Part shown: positions 39,676 through 54,600 of the stretch, in pieces
How the letters are laid out: each line of letters opens with the position of its first letter
Numbering within the stretch: position 1 is the stretch's first letter
Assembly (NCBI GenBank): GCA_904063045.1
Contig: CAJFCJ010000007.1
Coordinates: 3,417,404-3,481,403, forward strand
Length of the DNA stretch: 64,000 bases
Reading direction: 5' to 3'
Source: Dimorphilus gyrociliatus
Lineage: Eukaryota; Animalia; Annelida
Notes under the pieces: generated by a model
Told to the model about the DNA's origin: nothing
Databases searched by the model: none
The model's input: the letters and a program-made list of their open reading frames with translations, nothing else
Made by a program: the position numbers and the translations under genes

Positions 39676-42600
39676 CCACTACACCAGAACCAACAACAAC
39701 AACAACAACACCAACCACAACAACTGTCCCAACAACAACTGCTTTGGTTTGTGATGCTATGACTCAAGTAAAGTCAGCCTGCAAAGTGAAATGTCCAAAA
39801 ACTTGCGATTATGAATCAAAAACTACTCCTTGTAAAGACTCAAGTGAAGTTCATACTTGCAAGGAAGGTTGCGAATGTAAATTAGACCATGCTTGGCAAG
39901 GAGATAGATGTATCAAGGAAGACCAATGTAGCTGCTACGATAAGACTGAAAAAGTTCGTAGATCTGCCTATGAAACATGGAGATCTGGTTGCGAAAAATG
40001 CGAATGTAAAAACAACAAGGTAGTCTGTAAAAAAGACTGTTCTGATGAACCTTGTGGAGAGGGTTTGAGCAGAGTTAGCGTTGCTGGAGAATGTTGTCCA
40101 GTATGTATGAAAACTACCACCGAATCTGGACCTACAACAACAACAGTAGCAACTACTACACCAGCTCCAACAACAACTCCCGAACCAACCACAACTGTTA
40201 CAACTACCACTGTTACTCCTGCCTGTCCAATTAAGGAAGGTATGGATAATCCACTCCTTATTCCAAACGAAAGAATCAGATCTAGCCCAAAAATGAGCGA
40301 CAACAATGATATAAGACCAAGCTCTGTATCAGGCTGGAAGATACCATTGAAGGAAGCTATCGACGAAAAGCCATGGGTTGAAATTGATCTAGTTGAAAAA
40401 TCTGAAACATTGAACCCAGTTCCAGTGGATCGTGTTCAAATTACTGGAATAGCCAAATATACTGTTTTGTATAAAGTAGATAGTAGAGCTGATAAATGGA
40501 CTCCATACACTGAGAATGGAGTTTCTAAACAATTTGATCCAACCGATGATGAAGTTGACAGATTCCGTCCAACATTTGCAGCTGAATCAATTAAAATAGT
40601 ATTCAACGTTCCATTGAGAGGAGGCGATGTTGTTATCAAGGCAGAGGTTTTCGCTTGTTTCCATGAACCAGCCTCCACAACCACTCCCCTTACCACCACT
40701 ACCACCACTGATACCACAACCACCCCTATCCAAACTACCACCTCACCCGTTGAAACCACCTCTAAAGGTCCCATGTGTCCACTTATTGAAGGTATGGGAT
40801 CTGATCAACCAGTGTTTATCCCCGATAGTAGAATTAGCTCTGTTCCCTCTGATGACGGAACCCCAGCTTTGGCTAAGCCAACCAATGAAGGTTCTTGGAA
40901 GCCTTCTGCCAAGGGTTTAACAAAGCCAATTCTCATAATTAATTTGGTAAGACCAGACGAAAAGGTTGAACCAATATTCGTTGATGCTGTTGATATTATT
41001 GGCAACGTAAAGACTTTCACAGTCTCTTACAAAGCTGATGAAAATTCACCAACTTGGACTGACGTAACAGAAGATGGAAAGCTTAAAGAATTTGATGGAA
41101 CAAATGGAAAAGTTCAATTCCAACCAACAATTCAAGCTGAAGTTATTGCTGTAAAACTCCTCCAAACAACTGATGATGATGAAAAATTTACAGTAAAAGC
41201 AAAGGTTTTCGCCTGTTTCCATGCAGAAGTAACAACCACAACAGCAACTCCAACAACAATTACAACCACAACTGAATCTACTACCACCACAGCAACGGAA
41301 ATTGTAACAACAACAACAGTTGTTACCACAACCGTTCCAACAACAACAGAAGCATTCTGTCAAAAACAAGACATCTTGGTCAGACCAGAAGACTTTAAAT
41401 TGCAAGCATACGGAAGTGATGATCCAACAAGCAACTTGTACACAGTCAACAATGTCTGGAAATCAAAGACAGCTGATGAGGTTAAAATGGTAAGTGCTAG
41501 TTTGTCATTCGACATGACTGACGAACCAACAATCACTGACCTCACTGTTGATATTCGTGGCGCCGATGCAATTGATGTACAATTTGGAGAAGGAGATTCA
41601 GCCATTACAAAGAATGTTGCAATTTCTTCAAAGAATATCTGGACATCTCAATCAGTAAATCTTCCTAAAGGAATGATAACAAGAAGTGTAAACGTTGTTT
41701 TCCATATGCCATCCAATGCACTCTCCGAAAGCTTCATCGAAGTAAAGAATCTTAGAGTAAAGGCTTGCTACAAACCAACAATTGGAACAACAACAACCGT
41801 TTCAACATCTCCCGTACCTACAACAACAGCTACTACTACTCCCGAACCAACAACCACAGCTACTACTACTCCCGAACCAACAACAACAGCCAGTACAACC
41901 ACTGCTACAACTACAACATTGCCACCATTGGGCGATGGTTGCGAACATTTAGACTCTTCAGTATCTGAAGATAAATTGGTTGCAAGTTCAAATGTACCCT
42001 TATCGGATGCACGTATGGCTCTTGAAAAATCAAATGAAGAATACTCAGTTTCATCAGAAGATGACGTTCTATTGAGCTTCAAGATCAAGTCTAGCGATAT
42101 TGTTAAGATTACATCGGTTTCATTCGAAGTTAAAGGAGCCAGTAATGTTGTACTTGGTTTTGATGGATCAAACGGTGAAATAAGCGCACCAGCCAAGAAT
42201 ATTCCAAGAACTGATGTATTTAATACAATCACTAGTACCTCAAAAATTGTTGCCAATATCCTCAAGATCAAACTTTCACCTGGCACATCTGTTCAAGTGA
42301 AAAACTTGTATATTAGAGCCTGTTATGAAACACCAACTCAAACAACAACCGTTGAAATTAAAGATCAAACACCAACTTTCCCAGTCTTTACCGATTCAAC
42401 AACTCAACCTGAACCAACATGCGGCGTCACAGGACAAATGTATGGTTTGTGTACATGCACTTTGACCTGCGCAGATATCATTTCTGGACGTGGATGCAGC
42501 ACTTGGAAATCTACAGCTGATAGCCAAGGAAAATGTTGTAAATGTCCAATCGGACAAGTTGTTAAGGATGGAGTTTGCGTAAATGAAAAGGAATGTACTT

Positions 42601-45600
42601 GTAAAGATAGTGAAAGCGGCGTTGAAAGAGCTTATGGAAGTACTTTTATCGAAGAAGGTACTCATTCCAACTGCAAGAGAGAATGCGTTTTTACAACAAA
42701 TTGCGAAAAGAAATGCACTTACACTTGCTCTCTTACATGCGGAGAAGGCTTCAAGCTGTACCAACCAGAATCTGGCTGCTGTGAATGTCTACCAACAACA
42801 ACCGTTCCAATTACAACAACTGCAGGAGTTTGCACTTGTCCAACAGGCGCAAAGGCTTGCGACAATTGCTCAAAATGTTTCACACCAGATCTTGTATGCG
42901 ATAGAAGAAACGACTGCAATGATATGTCTGATGAGAAAGATTGTCCATGCTATTCTAATGGTAAAACTATCAAATCTGGAGAGACATTTGAAAAGAATGA
43001 ATGCTCTAAATGTATTTGTAAGTCAGGAGTGAGTGACTGCAAGAAAACTTGCTCTATTACAAGTTGCTCAGATGATCAAGTACTCAACCTTTACGCCAAT
43101 GATGAAGAAAAATGTTGCGCTTGCGAAGCTGCCGCAACAACACCAGAACCAACAACCGTAGGAACAACAACACCAGTCTGCAAAGAAGGTGAAAAGGTTG
43201 TCGTTAACGATTGCTTCAGTAAACTTTGTCAAGAAGGTCAATGGCAACAAGTTGCCGACTGCAATAAAAAATGTGGAGAGAATCAAAGACGAGTTGTTTA
43301 CGAAACTGGCGCTTGTTGCGCTTGTGAAGATATTACAACAACAACAACAACAACAACTGTTCAACCAACAACAACAAAGGAAATGTGTCCAGCTAAACTT
43401 CCATTTACAGTTTGCATAAAGACATGTAAATTCTGTCATTTTATGGATCCAGATTGCGTTGAGACAACAAAGGCTAAATGCGTTTCCGGTTGTGATTGTC
43501 CACTAGGTCAACTCCTTCAAGGAGAAGTATGCGTTCCAATGGCCGATTGTTCTTGCAGAATGCCAGATACAAATGAAGCTCTTCCAGTAAGTATTTCAAT
43601 GGAAATTTTACGTTAATTCTATATAAATATATATATCCATTGTATTTAGGCTGGAAAATCTCTTACCTATAAATGTAATGTCTACACTTGTATGGACAAC
43701 ACTTTGAAACAAGCTCCAGTTGTCTGCAAAAAATGTGGTGAAAATGAAAAGGAAGTGACCGTTGAAGGTGAATGCTGTCCAAAATGCGAAGCAATTCTTC
43801 CAACAGAGCCTACCTGCACTGGTGATAAGGAATACACTGCTTGCATGTGTGTACAAACATGCTATACAAAGAATGACAAAACTTTCATTTGTCCAACTGC
43901 CGAACTCTGCAAACCAGGTTGCCAATGTAAGGCTGGTTTTGTTGAAGATTCAAATGGAAAATGTATACCGGAAACCGATTGTGCATGCTTTGATCAAACT
44001 TCAAATATTTGGAGGAAATTGGCCGATACATGGGATGTTCAAAAGAAAACTTGTACAGCAACAGAAAACTGTTCATGTACAAAAGATGGAATCAAATGTA
44101 GCATCAGCTGCGGTGATCTTAAATGTGTTGATGTAAGTTTTCAACATTGTCAACATTCTTTAAATATTTTATTATCATCATTACTATTATTTAATTAGGA
44201 CAAACCAGCAACCGTTGACGCAGCTGGCTGTTGTTCTTGTTTGAAGGATAGAGAGCTTACTACAACAGTTAAACCAGTTTGTACAAGAAAAACAGTTCTT
44301 TGCAATTTGCCATGCGACGTTCCACCAACAATGACATGCGAACAGTATATGAAATCTACTGGTGTTAAGGCACCAGGCTCTCTTGTTGTCTTGCCACCAA
44401 ACCCTACATTCTGTGCTTGTCCTCCAATTGGAGGTTATATGCCTGAATTACCTATGGACATTTCTTTGATAACACAGTATAACTTCTGTATTAAGAGACA
44501 AAAGTGTACTTGCTCTTATCAAGGTCAAACTTATCCTGTAAGTATTTCGTAATTAATTACTCAGCTTTCAGTCTAACATCAATCAATCATTTCATTCAGA
44601 ATGGAGCAACATTCCCTGAAAAAACTGCAGATGGAGCATTTATCAATTGTAGAACATGTAAATGTACAGACAGTGCCATTCAATGCGATGAAGTTGAAGG
44701 TTGCGTTACAACTACAACTACAACAGCCGCTCCTACTACAACAGTTACAACACAAGTTCCATGCGAACTTACAGGATGCGTTGAAGGAGATGTTTGCCAC
44801 AATGTTGATGCTAAATGGAAGATTTCCGATTGCGAAACTTGTACTTGCACTGGACCAAACAGTAAGAGATGCGAAAAGATCAGTTGTCAGTCCTTGGATT
44901 GTCCAATCGCAAAGGGTCTTGTTGCTGTTACTTTACCAGATATTTGCTGTCCAGTCTGCAAAGATATCTGCGTTGGTGAAGCTTTAAGATGCGACGGAAA
45001 ATGCGATTGTCCAAAGCAATCCTGTTCCGATGAATCCGAAGAGCTTTGCAGTTAGTATTGAAAGAAATTGATTAGAATTAGAATAATTATCATACGTTTC
45101 CCCTTATAGAAAAAGATCCACCAAAGCCAAAATGCACAGACGAATATGAGAAACCATCAGAAAACTGCAATGCCGAAATTTTTGTTCGTTCAAGAGTTTG
45201 CCATTCTAAAAAGGATATGAAATATAAATCTCCTCATTGTTGCGAATGTGAAAAGGGAACAGTTTTCAACGGTGAAAAATGTATTCCAATGGATAAATGC
45301 GAATGTATTGATGAACTTGGAAAATTACATTCACCAACTGATAAATGGTCTGATTCGAAAAATAAAGATTGCGTTTCTCATTTGTGTATTAAAAATTCTA
45401 TTGAGACAATTGACGCAAGTAAAGATTGCTCTGAAATTCTTTCTTGTAAAGAGGTAGGAATCAGATTATTCAATAAATTTCATTATATGTTTAAAATTCT
45501 TTAAAACAAAAAGGGTGAAAGAGGTCCAGTTAAAGTTGATGGAGAATGTTGTCCAAAATGCCTTGGTAAGAGTTTTAACCTCATTTATACTTACTTATTT

Positions 45601-48600
45601 AATCAATATTGTTTTTTCTAAAAGCTATTGAAACTACTGTTCCACCACCAACAACAACTGCTGAACCAACAACTACAACAACAAGTAATAATTGCGCAAT
45701 AATATAATATATCATTGTTTTTTATTATTATCTTTTATCTTTACAGAGTGTATAAACAATGCCAAATGTGAATGTCAAGAAAGTTGTACAGACTCTGAAG
45801 CTTGTAAAGATACGCCAGCTTGTTGCCCAGATTTTAATTGTGCAGAAGGATACAAGAAGAACGAAGATGGAGCTTGCATTAAGGAAGCTGATTGTATTGC
45901 TATCAAAGAAACATTTATCCGTAAATTAAATTTTAATATAACAACGCCATAATAATATTCAACTTTTCAATATTAAACAGCCATCTGCAGTTACCCAACA
46001 TTGGCTACTCCAGGAGCTGTTGAATCAATCACAGCCACATCTGTCTGGTCAGAGAATGGTAAAGCCCATGATGCAAGCAATGTCATCCCAGGATTACCTG
46101 GTTGGGTAGCAGATTCAGATAAAGATGATGCTATGGAACTTGTCGTTAAATTCACTCTGCCAACTTTTGTAGCTGGTTTAAGTGTCAGAATGGCTGGAAT
46201 AAAAACATTCCAAATTTTCTATTCCAACGACGGTACTGATTGGGTTCCCTATAAAGAAGTAGGAAACACACCAAAGGTATTTTTTCAACTTTATTGAATT
46301 TTAGTATATTAATATCAACATTTTAAAGGTTTTTGAAAAAGTATACTTTCCAAGTGGACAATATGTACACATTTACTTCCAACAAGCCTTCTTTGCTAAA
46401 CTTGTTAAATTTGACATCATTGAAGAAGAAGTACAAAAAGTTGGAGCAAAAACTTTCCCAAAACTCAACATGGATGTTTTGTCCTGCCATATTCCAATGT
46501 TTGCTGATGCGGAATGTATTGAAAAGGATGGAATGGACTCACCTTTATATTTACCAAATAAATATATTAAATTATCTCCAACACCAGACGGTTTTACCTC
46601 TGATATTGTAAGACCTTCAGGTTCAGGATGGAATATTCCAGCAGTCTTTGCAAGTAAACCCACAATAACTGTACAACTTTCACCTGACTATAACAGGAAA
46701 TCAATTATTGTTGATAAACTTGTCATCACTGGAAATGGAGAAGTAGACACATTGGCCTATAAACCAAATGTTGAATCAGACTTTTTATTGATAGGAAAGA
46801 AAAATGTCGGGGTAAAAACCAAAATTTTACATTAAAATCATTTAAACATAATAACCTTAACCTTTGCATATAGACAATTGGTTCATCCCAAGAAGGAAAA
46901 GTTATTTATAATCTCTCAAGAAAGATTAAAGCTACTGACCTTCGAATAACCTTCAAAATTCCATCAATCAAGAAAACTGATGTATCCATAAAATTCTCAG
47001 TATTCGCTTGTTTTGATTCCGTACAAACAACAACAACTACTACTACACCAATGCCAACAACAACTACAACACAGGAAACAACTACACCAATGCCAACAAC
47101 AACACAAGAAACAACTCAAGCTCCAGTTACAACAACAACGCAACCTGACACAACAACTGCTGTAGTAATAACATCAACCAATCCAACAACAGGACAAACA
47201 ACTGTTCAAATATGTAAATTTGAAGAAGGCATGAATGAACCACAATATATCCCTGATACATCAATCTTTACAAGTACACTAAGTGAAGACTCTAAAGACA
47301 ATCCAAAAACCAATTTAAGGCCAGATTCCATAAAACCATACTTAATGGAAAAATCTCAATCTAACAGTGCAGATATAGATGATAACCCATTTGTTGCAAT
47401 TGATCTAACACCTATTGATTCTGAAAACGCACCTTTTGTTGAGAAAGTAAAATTCCCACAATCCAATATTGGTACTGTAACAATCCAGCGTAAAATACCA
47501 GATGGTGAAAAAAATTCTGGACAATATCAAACAATTGCTGAAAAGGCTACTCCAGACACATCTGATGCAACAATTAAGTTTCCAGAACCAATGAAAATGA
47601 GTGAAATAAAAATAATTTTCTTGACAACAAATGATGCAGAAAACACATTCAAAATTAAAATTGCAATTCATGCATGCTTCACAGTTAAGATCACAACCAC
47701 AACTCAAGGACCAACAACAACAACAACCCAACAACAAACAACCCAAATGACAACAACAGTCCCTGAAACAACAACAATCACAGTACCATCTACAACAACA
47801 ACTGAAGTACCTACCACACCTAAAGAAACCACAACTGAAGCTGCACCAACTACAACAACAACTACAACAGCAGCACCAACAACAACAACCACTCTTGTAT
47901 CTACAACAACAATGTCAGTTAAACCAACTGAAGGTACAACAACAACACCTGCCGTTATTGAAACAACCACAACTACTGCAGGAACAACAACCAAAATCTG
48001 TCCATTCCAAGAGACAATGGACAATCCTGCTGTAATTGGTCAAGGCCAAATCAAGACTAGCCCATCTGAAGAAGGTTCAAATGATAAGGTTCGTTTGGAC
48101 AAGGAAGGATGGACACCAAAGGTTCCAACCAGCTCAACTGAAGAAAAACCATATGTTGATATTGACCTCGATGTTGGTGATGACAGTAATGAACCATATG
48201 TTGAAAAGGTCATTATTAAGGGCAATACTCAGATAGTATCAGTATACAAAAAGAATGTCAATGATGATGATTGGACTGGAATTGTTGAAGATGTTGAAGT
48301 TAAGGAAAATGGAGAAGTTGTCTTCCCCACAGTTGTAAAGGCCGATTCTATAAGAATTGTACTTGTTAAACCTGAAGATAATGAGGATGGTTCTCCAGTA
48401 ACTAACTACAGAGTTAATGTTGGAGTACATGCTTGTATCACACCAACTAGTAAGTAGTCAATTGTGCTCAAAATTTTCTTTTCATTTGTTAAAGAACAAA
48501 CATTTAATTTTTAAATTTTTTTCAGTGACTACAACAACATCAGCTCCAACAACAACTATGACTACAACTACACCTGTAGCTACAACAACAACAGAAGCTA

Positions 48601-51600
48601 CTACAACAGCAGCTCCTACAACAACAACTACTACAACAGCTGCTCCAACAACTACAGCTGGTACAACAACAGAAGCTACAACAACAACAACAATGAAACC
48701 AACTGAAAGTACAACTTTGAGTACAACAACTACTACTAGCACAACAACAACAACAACTGCTATGGTAACAACTACCACAACTCCAGCAGAAACAACAACA
48801 GTCAAGATCTGTAACTTTGAAGAAGGTATGGATGAACCACAATTTATCCCAGCTGGACAACTTGAATCAAGCCCAGATACCACTGACAAAGAAAACAACC
48901 CATTGACAAACTTGAGACCAAAGAGTGGAAAGGCTTTCGTATTGCCTGTTCCAAAGAAGGACTCTGATGAAAAGAAACCATTTGTCACAGTTGACTTGAC
49001 ACCAACTGATGATACTGCTGCTCCATTTGTTGAGAAGGTACGCTTCCCAGAATCAAACATTGGAAAGGTTACAATCAAGAGATTGGTACCAGCCAGTGAA
49101 AAGAATGCTGGACAATATGAAACTGTTGCTGATAATGAAACACCAACTGGTGATGATAATACAATCAAATTCACAACACCAGTCCGCATGGATAAGATCC
49201 AAATCATTTTGGAAGAACCACAAAATGATGATGATACTGAATACAAACTTCATGTTGCTATACATGCCTGCTTCAAGGTTAAAGTAACAACAACAACTCA
49301 ACCACCAACAACAACAACTACAACAGCTGCACCAACAACAACTACTGAAGCTACAACAACAACAGCTGCACCAACTACAACAACAACTACAACAGCAGCA
49401 CCAACAACAACTATGACCACAACAGCTGCACCAACAACAACTACTGAAGCTACAACTACAATTACTGTTCCATCAACAACTACAGTTACTACAACAACAA
49501 CTACAACACCAGCACCAACCACAACTGAAGCTACAACAACAGCACCAACTACAACATCAACAACAGCAGCTCCAACCACAACAAAAACTACTACTACTAC
49601 CACAGCAGCACCAACAACAACTACTGTTCAATCTACAACAACAATGTCAGTTAAACCAACTGAGGGTACAACAACAACACCTGCCATTGTTACAACAACA
49701 ACAACTGCTGAAACAACAACAACTAAGGTCTGTCCATTCAAAGAGACAATGAAAGATTCAACAATCATTCCAAAGAAACTTATTAAGACAACTCCTGAAG
49801 ATGGAGAAGATTCAAATGATAAGGTTCGTTTGGGTAAGGAAGGCTGGATTACAAATGTTCCAACATCCAGTGATCAACCTAAACCAACTGTTGAAATTAA
49901 ATTGAATCGCCAAGATGATCCTGAAGATCCCTATGTTGAAAAGGTTATTGTTAAGGGAAATGCTGGCAAGGTATCTATATACAAGAAAACAAGAACAGAT
50001 GATGATTACACACCAATCCAAACTAATGTTGATGTACCAAAAGAAGGTGGAGACATTGTCTTCCCCAAGGTTCAAAAGATCAACACTATCAAGATTGTAT
50101 TGGAAGAACCTACATTGAATGAAGATGGAACCCCAGCAAAGAAATACAAGGTCAACATTGGAATCAGTGCTTGTATCTCATACACTGGTAAGTATTAATA
50201 TTAATTGTTTTCCAACATTTTCTAATCTAATCAACTTATTTACACTTATAGTTACAACAACAACAACCACACCAACTCCAACAACAACAACAGAAGCAAC
50301 TACAACTATGGCACCAACAACAACAGAAACAACAACAACAACAGCTGCTACAACCACAACTGCTAGAACAACAACTACAACTTCTGCAACAACTACAACA
50401 ACTGCTATGGTAACAACTACCACAACTCCAGCAGAAACAACAACAGTCAAGATCTGTAACTTTGAAGAAGGTATGGATGAACCACAATTTATCCCAGCTG
50501 GACAACTTGAATCAAGCCCAGAAACCACTGACAAAGAAAACAACCCATTGACAAACTTGAGACCAAAGAGCGGAAAGGCTTTCGTATTGCCTGTTCCAAA
50601 GAAGGACTCAGATGAAAAGAAACCATTTGTCACAGTTGACTTGACACCAACTGATGATACTGCTGCTCCATTTGTTGAGAAGGTACGCTTCCCAGAATCA
50701 AACATTGGAAAGGTTACAATCAAGAGATTGGTACCAGCCAGTGAAAAGAATGCTGGACAATACGAAACTGTTGTTACAAGCCAAAAACTTGATGATGATA
50801 ATACAATCAAATTCACAACACCAGTCCGCATGGATAAGATCCAAATCATTTTGGAAGAACCACAAAATGATGATGATACTGAATACAAACTTCATGTTGC
50901 TATACATGCTTGCTTCAAGGTTAAAATAACAACAACAACTCAACCACCAACAACAACAACTACAACAGCTGCACCAACTACAACTACTGAAGCTACAACA
51001 ACAACAGCAGCACCAACAACAACCACTACTCTTCCATCAACTACAACAGTTGTTGTTACAACTCCATCTACAACTATGCAATCAACAACAACAGCTACAA
51101 CAGCAGCACCAACAACAACAACTGAAGCTACAACAACAACAGCTGCACCAACTACAACAACAACTACAACAGCAGCACCAACAACAACAACCACTCTTGT
51201 ATCTACAACAACAATGTCAGTTAAACCAACTGAAGGTACAACAACAACACCTGCCGTTATTGAAACAACCACAACTACTGCAGGAACAACAACCAAAATC
51301 TGTCCATTCCAAGAGACAATGGACAATCCTGCTGTAATTGGTCAAGGCCAAATCAAGACTAGCCCATCTGAAGAAGGTTCAAATGATAAGGTTCGTTTGG
51401 ACAAGGAAGGATGGACACCAAAGGTTCCAACCAGCTCAACTGAAGAAAAACCATATGTTGATATTGACCTCGATGTTGGTGATGACAGTAATGAACCATA
51501 TGTTGAAAAGGTCATTATTAAGGGCAATACTCAGATAGTATCAGTATACAAAAAGAATGTCAATGATGATGATTGGACTGGAATTGTTGAAGATGTTGAA

Positions 51601-54600
51601 GTTAAGGAAAATGGAGAAGTTGTCTTCCCCACAGTTGTAAAGGCCGATTCTATAAGAATTGTACTTGTTAAACCTGAAGATAATGAGGATGGTTCTCCAG
51701 TAACTAACTACAGAGTTAATGTTGGAGTACATGCTTGTATCACACCAACTAGTAAGTAGTCAATTGTGCTCAAAATTTTCTTTTCATTTGTTAAAGAACA
51801 AACATTTAATTTTTAAATTTTTTTCAGTGACTACAACAACATCAGCTCCAACAACAACTATGACTACAACTACACCTGTAGCTACAACAACAACAGAAGC
51901 TACTACAACAGCAGCTCCTACAACAACAACTACTACAACAGCTGCTCCAACAACTACAGCTGGTACAACAACAGAAGCTACAACAACAACAACAATGAAA
52001 CCAACTGAAAGTACAACTTTGAGTACAACAACTACTACTAGCACAACAACAACAACAACTGCTATGGTAACAACTACCACAACTCCAGCAGAAACAACAA
52101 CAGTCAAGATCTGTAACTTTGAAGAAGGTATGGATGAACCACAATTTATCCCAGCTGGACAACTTGAATCAAGCCCAGATACCACTGACAAAGAAAACAA
52201 CCCATTGACAAACTTGAGACCAAAGAGTGGAAAGGCTTTCGTATTGCCTGTTCCAAAGAAGGACTCTGATGAAAAGAAACCATTTGTCACAGTTGACTTG
52301 ACACCAACTGATGATACTGCTGCTCCATTTGTTGAGAAGGTACGCTTCCCAGAATCAAACATTGGAAAGGTTACAATCAAGAGATTGGTACCAGCCAGTG
52401 AAAAGAATGCTGGACAATATGAAACTGTTGCTGATAATGAAACACCAACTGGTGATGATAATACAATCAAATTCACAACACCAGTCCGCATGGATAAGAT
52501 CCAAATCATTTTGGAAGAACCACAAAATGATGATGATACTGAATACAAACTTCATGTTGCTATACATGCCTGCTTCAAGGTTAAAGTAACAACAACAACT
52601 CAACCACCAACAACAACAACTACAACAGCTGCACCAACAACAACTACTGAAGCTACAACAACAACAGCTGCACCAACTACAACAACAACTACAACAGCAG
52701 CACCAACAACAACTATGACCACAACAGCTGCACCAACAACAACTACTGAAGCTACAACTACAATTACTGTTCCATCAACAACTACAGTTACTACAACAAC
52801 AACTACAACACCAGCACCAACCACAACTGAAGCTACAACAACAGCACCAACTACAACATCAACAACAGCAGCTCCAACCACAACAAAAACTACTACTACT
52901 ACCACAGCAGCACCAACAACAACTACTGTTCAATCTACAACAACAATGTCAGTTAAACCAACTGAGGTACAACAACAACACCTGCCATTGTTACAACAAC
53001 AACAACTGCTGAAACAACAACAACTAAGGTCTGTCCATTCAAAGAGACAATGAAAGATTCAACAATCATTCCAAAGAAACTTATTAAGACAACTCCTGAA
53101 GATGGAGAAGATTCAAATGATAAGGTTCGTTTGGGTAAGGAAGGCTGGATTACAAATGTTCCAACATCCAGTGATCAACCTAAACCCAACTGTTGAAATT
53201 AAATTGAATCGCCAGATGATCCTGAAGATCCCTATGTTGAAAAGGTTATTGTTAAGGGAAATGCTGGCAAGGTATCTATATACAAGAAAACAAGAACAGA
53301 TGATGATTACACACCAATCCAAACTAATGTTGATGTACCAAAAGAAGGTGGAGACATTGTCTTCCCCAAGGTTCAAAAGATCAACACTATCAAGATTGTA
53401 TTGGAAGAACCTACATTGAATGAAGATGGAACCCCAGCAAAGAAATACAAGGTCAACATTGGAATCAGTGCTTGTATCTCATACACTGGTAAGTATTAAT
53501 ATTAATTGTTTTCCAACATTTTCTAATCTAATCAACTTATTTACACTTATAGTTACAACAACAACAACCACACCAACTCCAACAACAACAACAGAAGCAA
53601 CTACAACTATGGCACCAACAACAACAGAAACAACAACAACAACAGCTGCTACAACCACAACTGCTAGAACAACAACTACAACTTCTGCAACAACTACAAC
53701 AACTGCTATGGTAACAACTACCACAACTCCAGCAGAAACAACAACAGTCAAGATCTGTAACTTTGAAGAAGGTATGGATGAACCACAATTTATCCCAGCT
53801 GGACAACTTGAATCAAGCCCAGAAACCACTGACAAAGAAAACAACCCATTGACAAACTTGAGACCAAAGAGCGGAAAGGCTTTCGTATTGCCTGTTCCAA
53901 AGAAGGACTCAGATGAAAAGAAACCATTTGTCACAGTTGACTTGACACCAACTGATGATACTGCTGCTCCATTGTTGAGAAGGTACGCTTCCCAGAATCA
54001 AACATTGGAAAGGTTACAATCAAGAGATTGGTACCAGCCAGTGAAAAGAATGCTGGACAATACGAAACTGTTGTTACAAGCCAAAACTTGATGATGATAA
54101 TACAATCAAATTCACAACACCAGTCCGCATGGATAAGATCCAAATCATTTTGGAAGAACCACAAAATGATGATGATACTGAATACAAACTTCATGTTGCT
54201 ATACATGCTTGCTTCAAGGTTAAAATAACAACAACAACTCAACCACCAACAACAACAACTACAACAGCTGCACCAACTACAACTACTGAAGCTACAACAA
54301 CAACAGCAGCACCAACAACAACCACTACTCTTCCATCAACTACAAAGTTGTTGTTACAACTCCATCTACAACTATGCAATCAACAACAACAGCTACAACA
54401 GCAGCACCAACAACAACAACTGAAGCTACAACAACAACAGCTGCACCAACTACAACAACAACTACAACAGCAGCACCAACAACAACAACCACTCTTGTAT
54501 CTACAACAACAATGTCAGTTAAACCAACTGAAGGTACAACAACAACACCTGCCGTTATTGAAACAACCACAACTACTGCAGGAACAACAACCAAAATCTG

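Noticed and set aside
48526-50187. TAA-type motifs as an antifreeze glycoprotein
   Set aside because: There is no (Thr-Ala-Ala)n periodicity; the tracts are ordinary Thr-rich mucin sequence.
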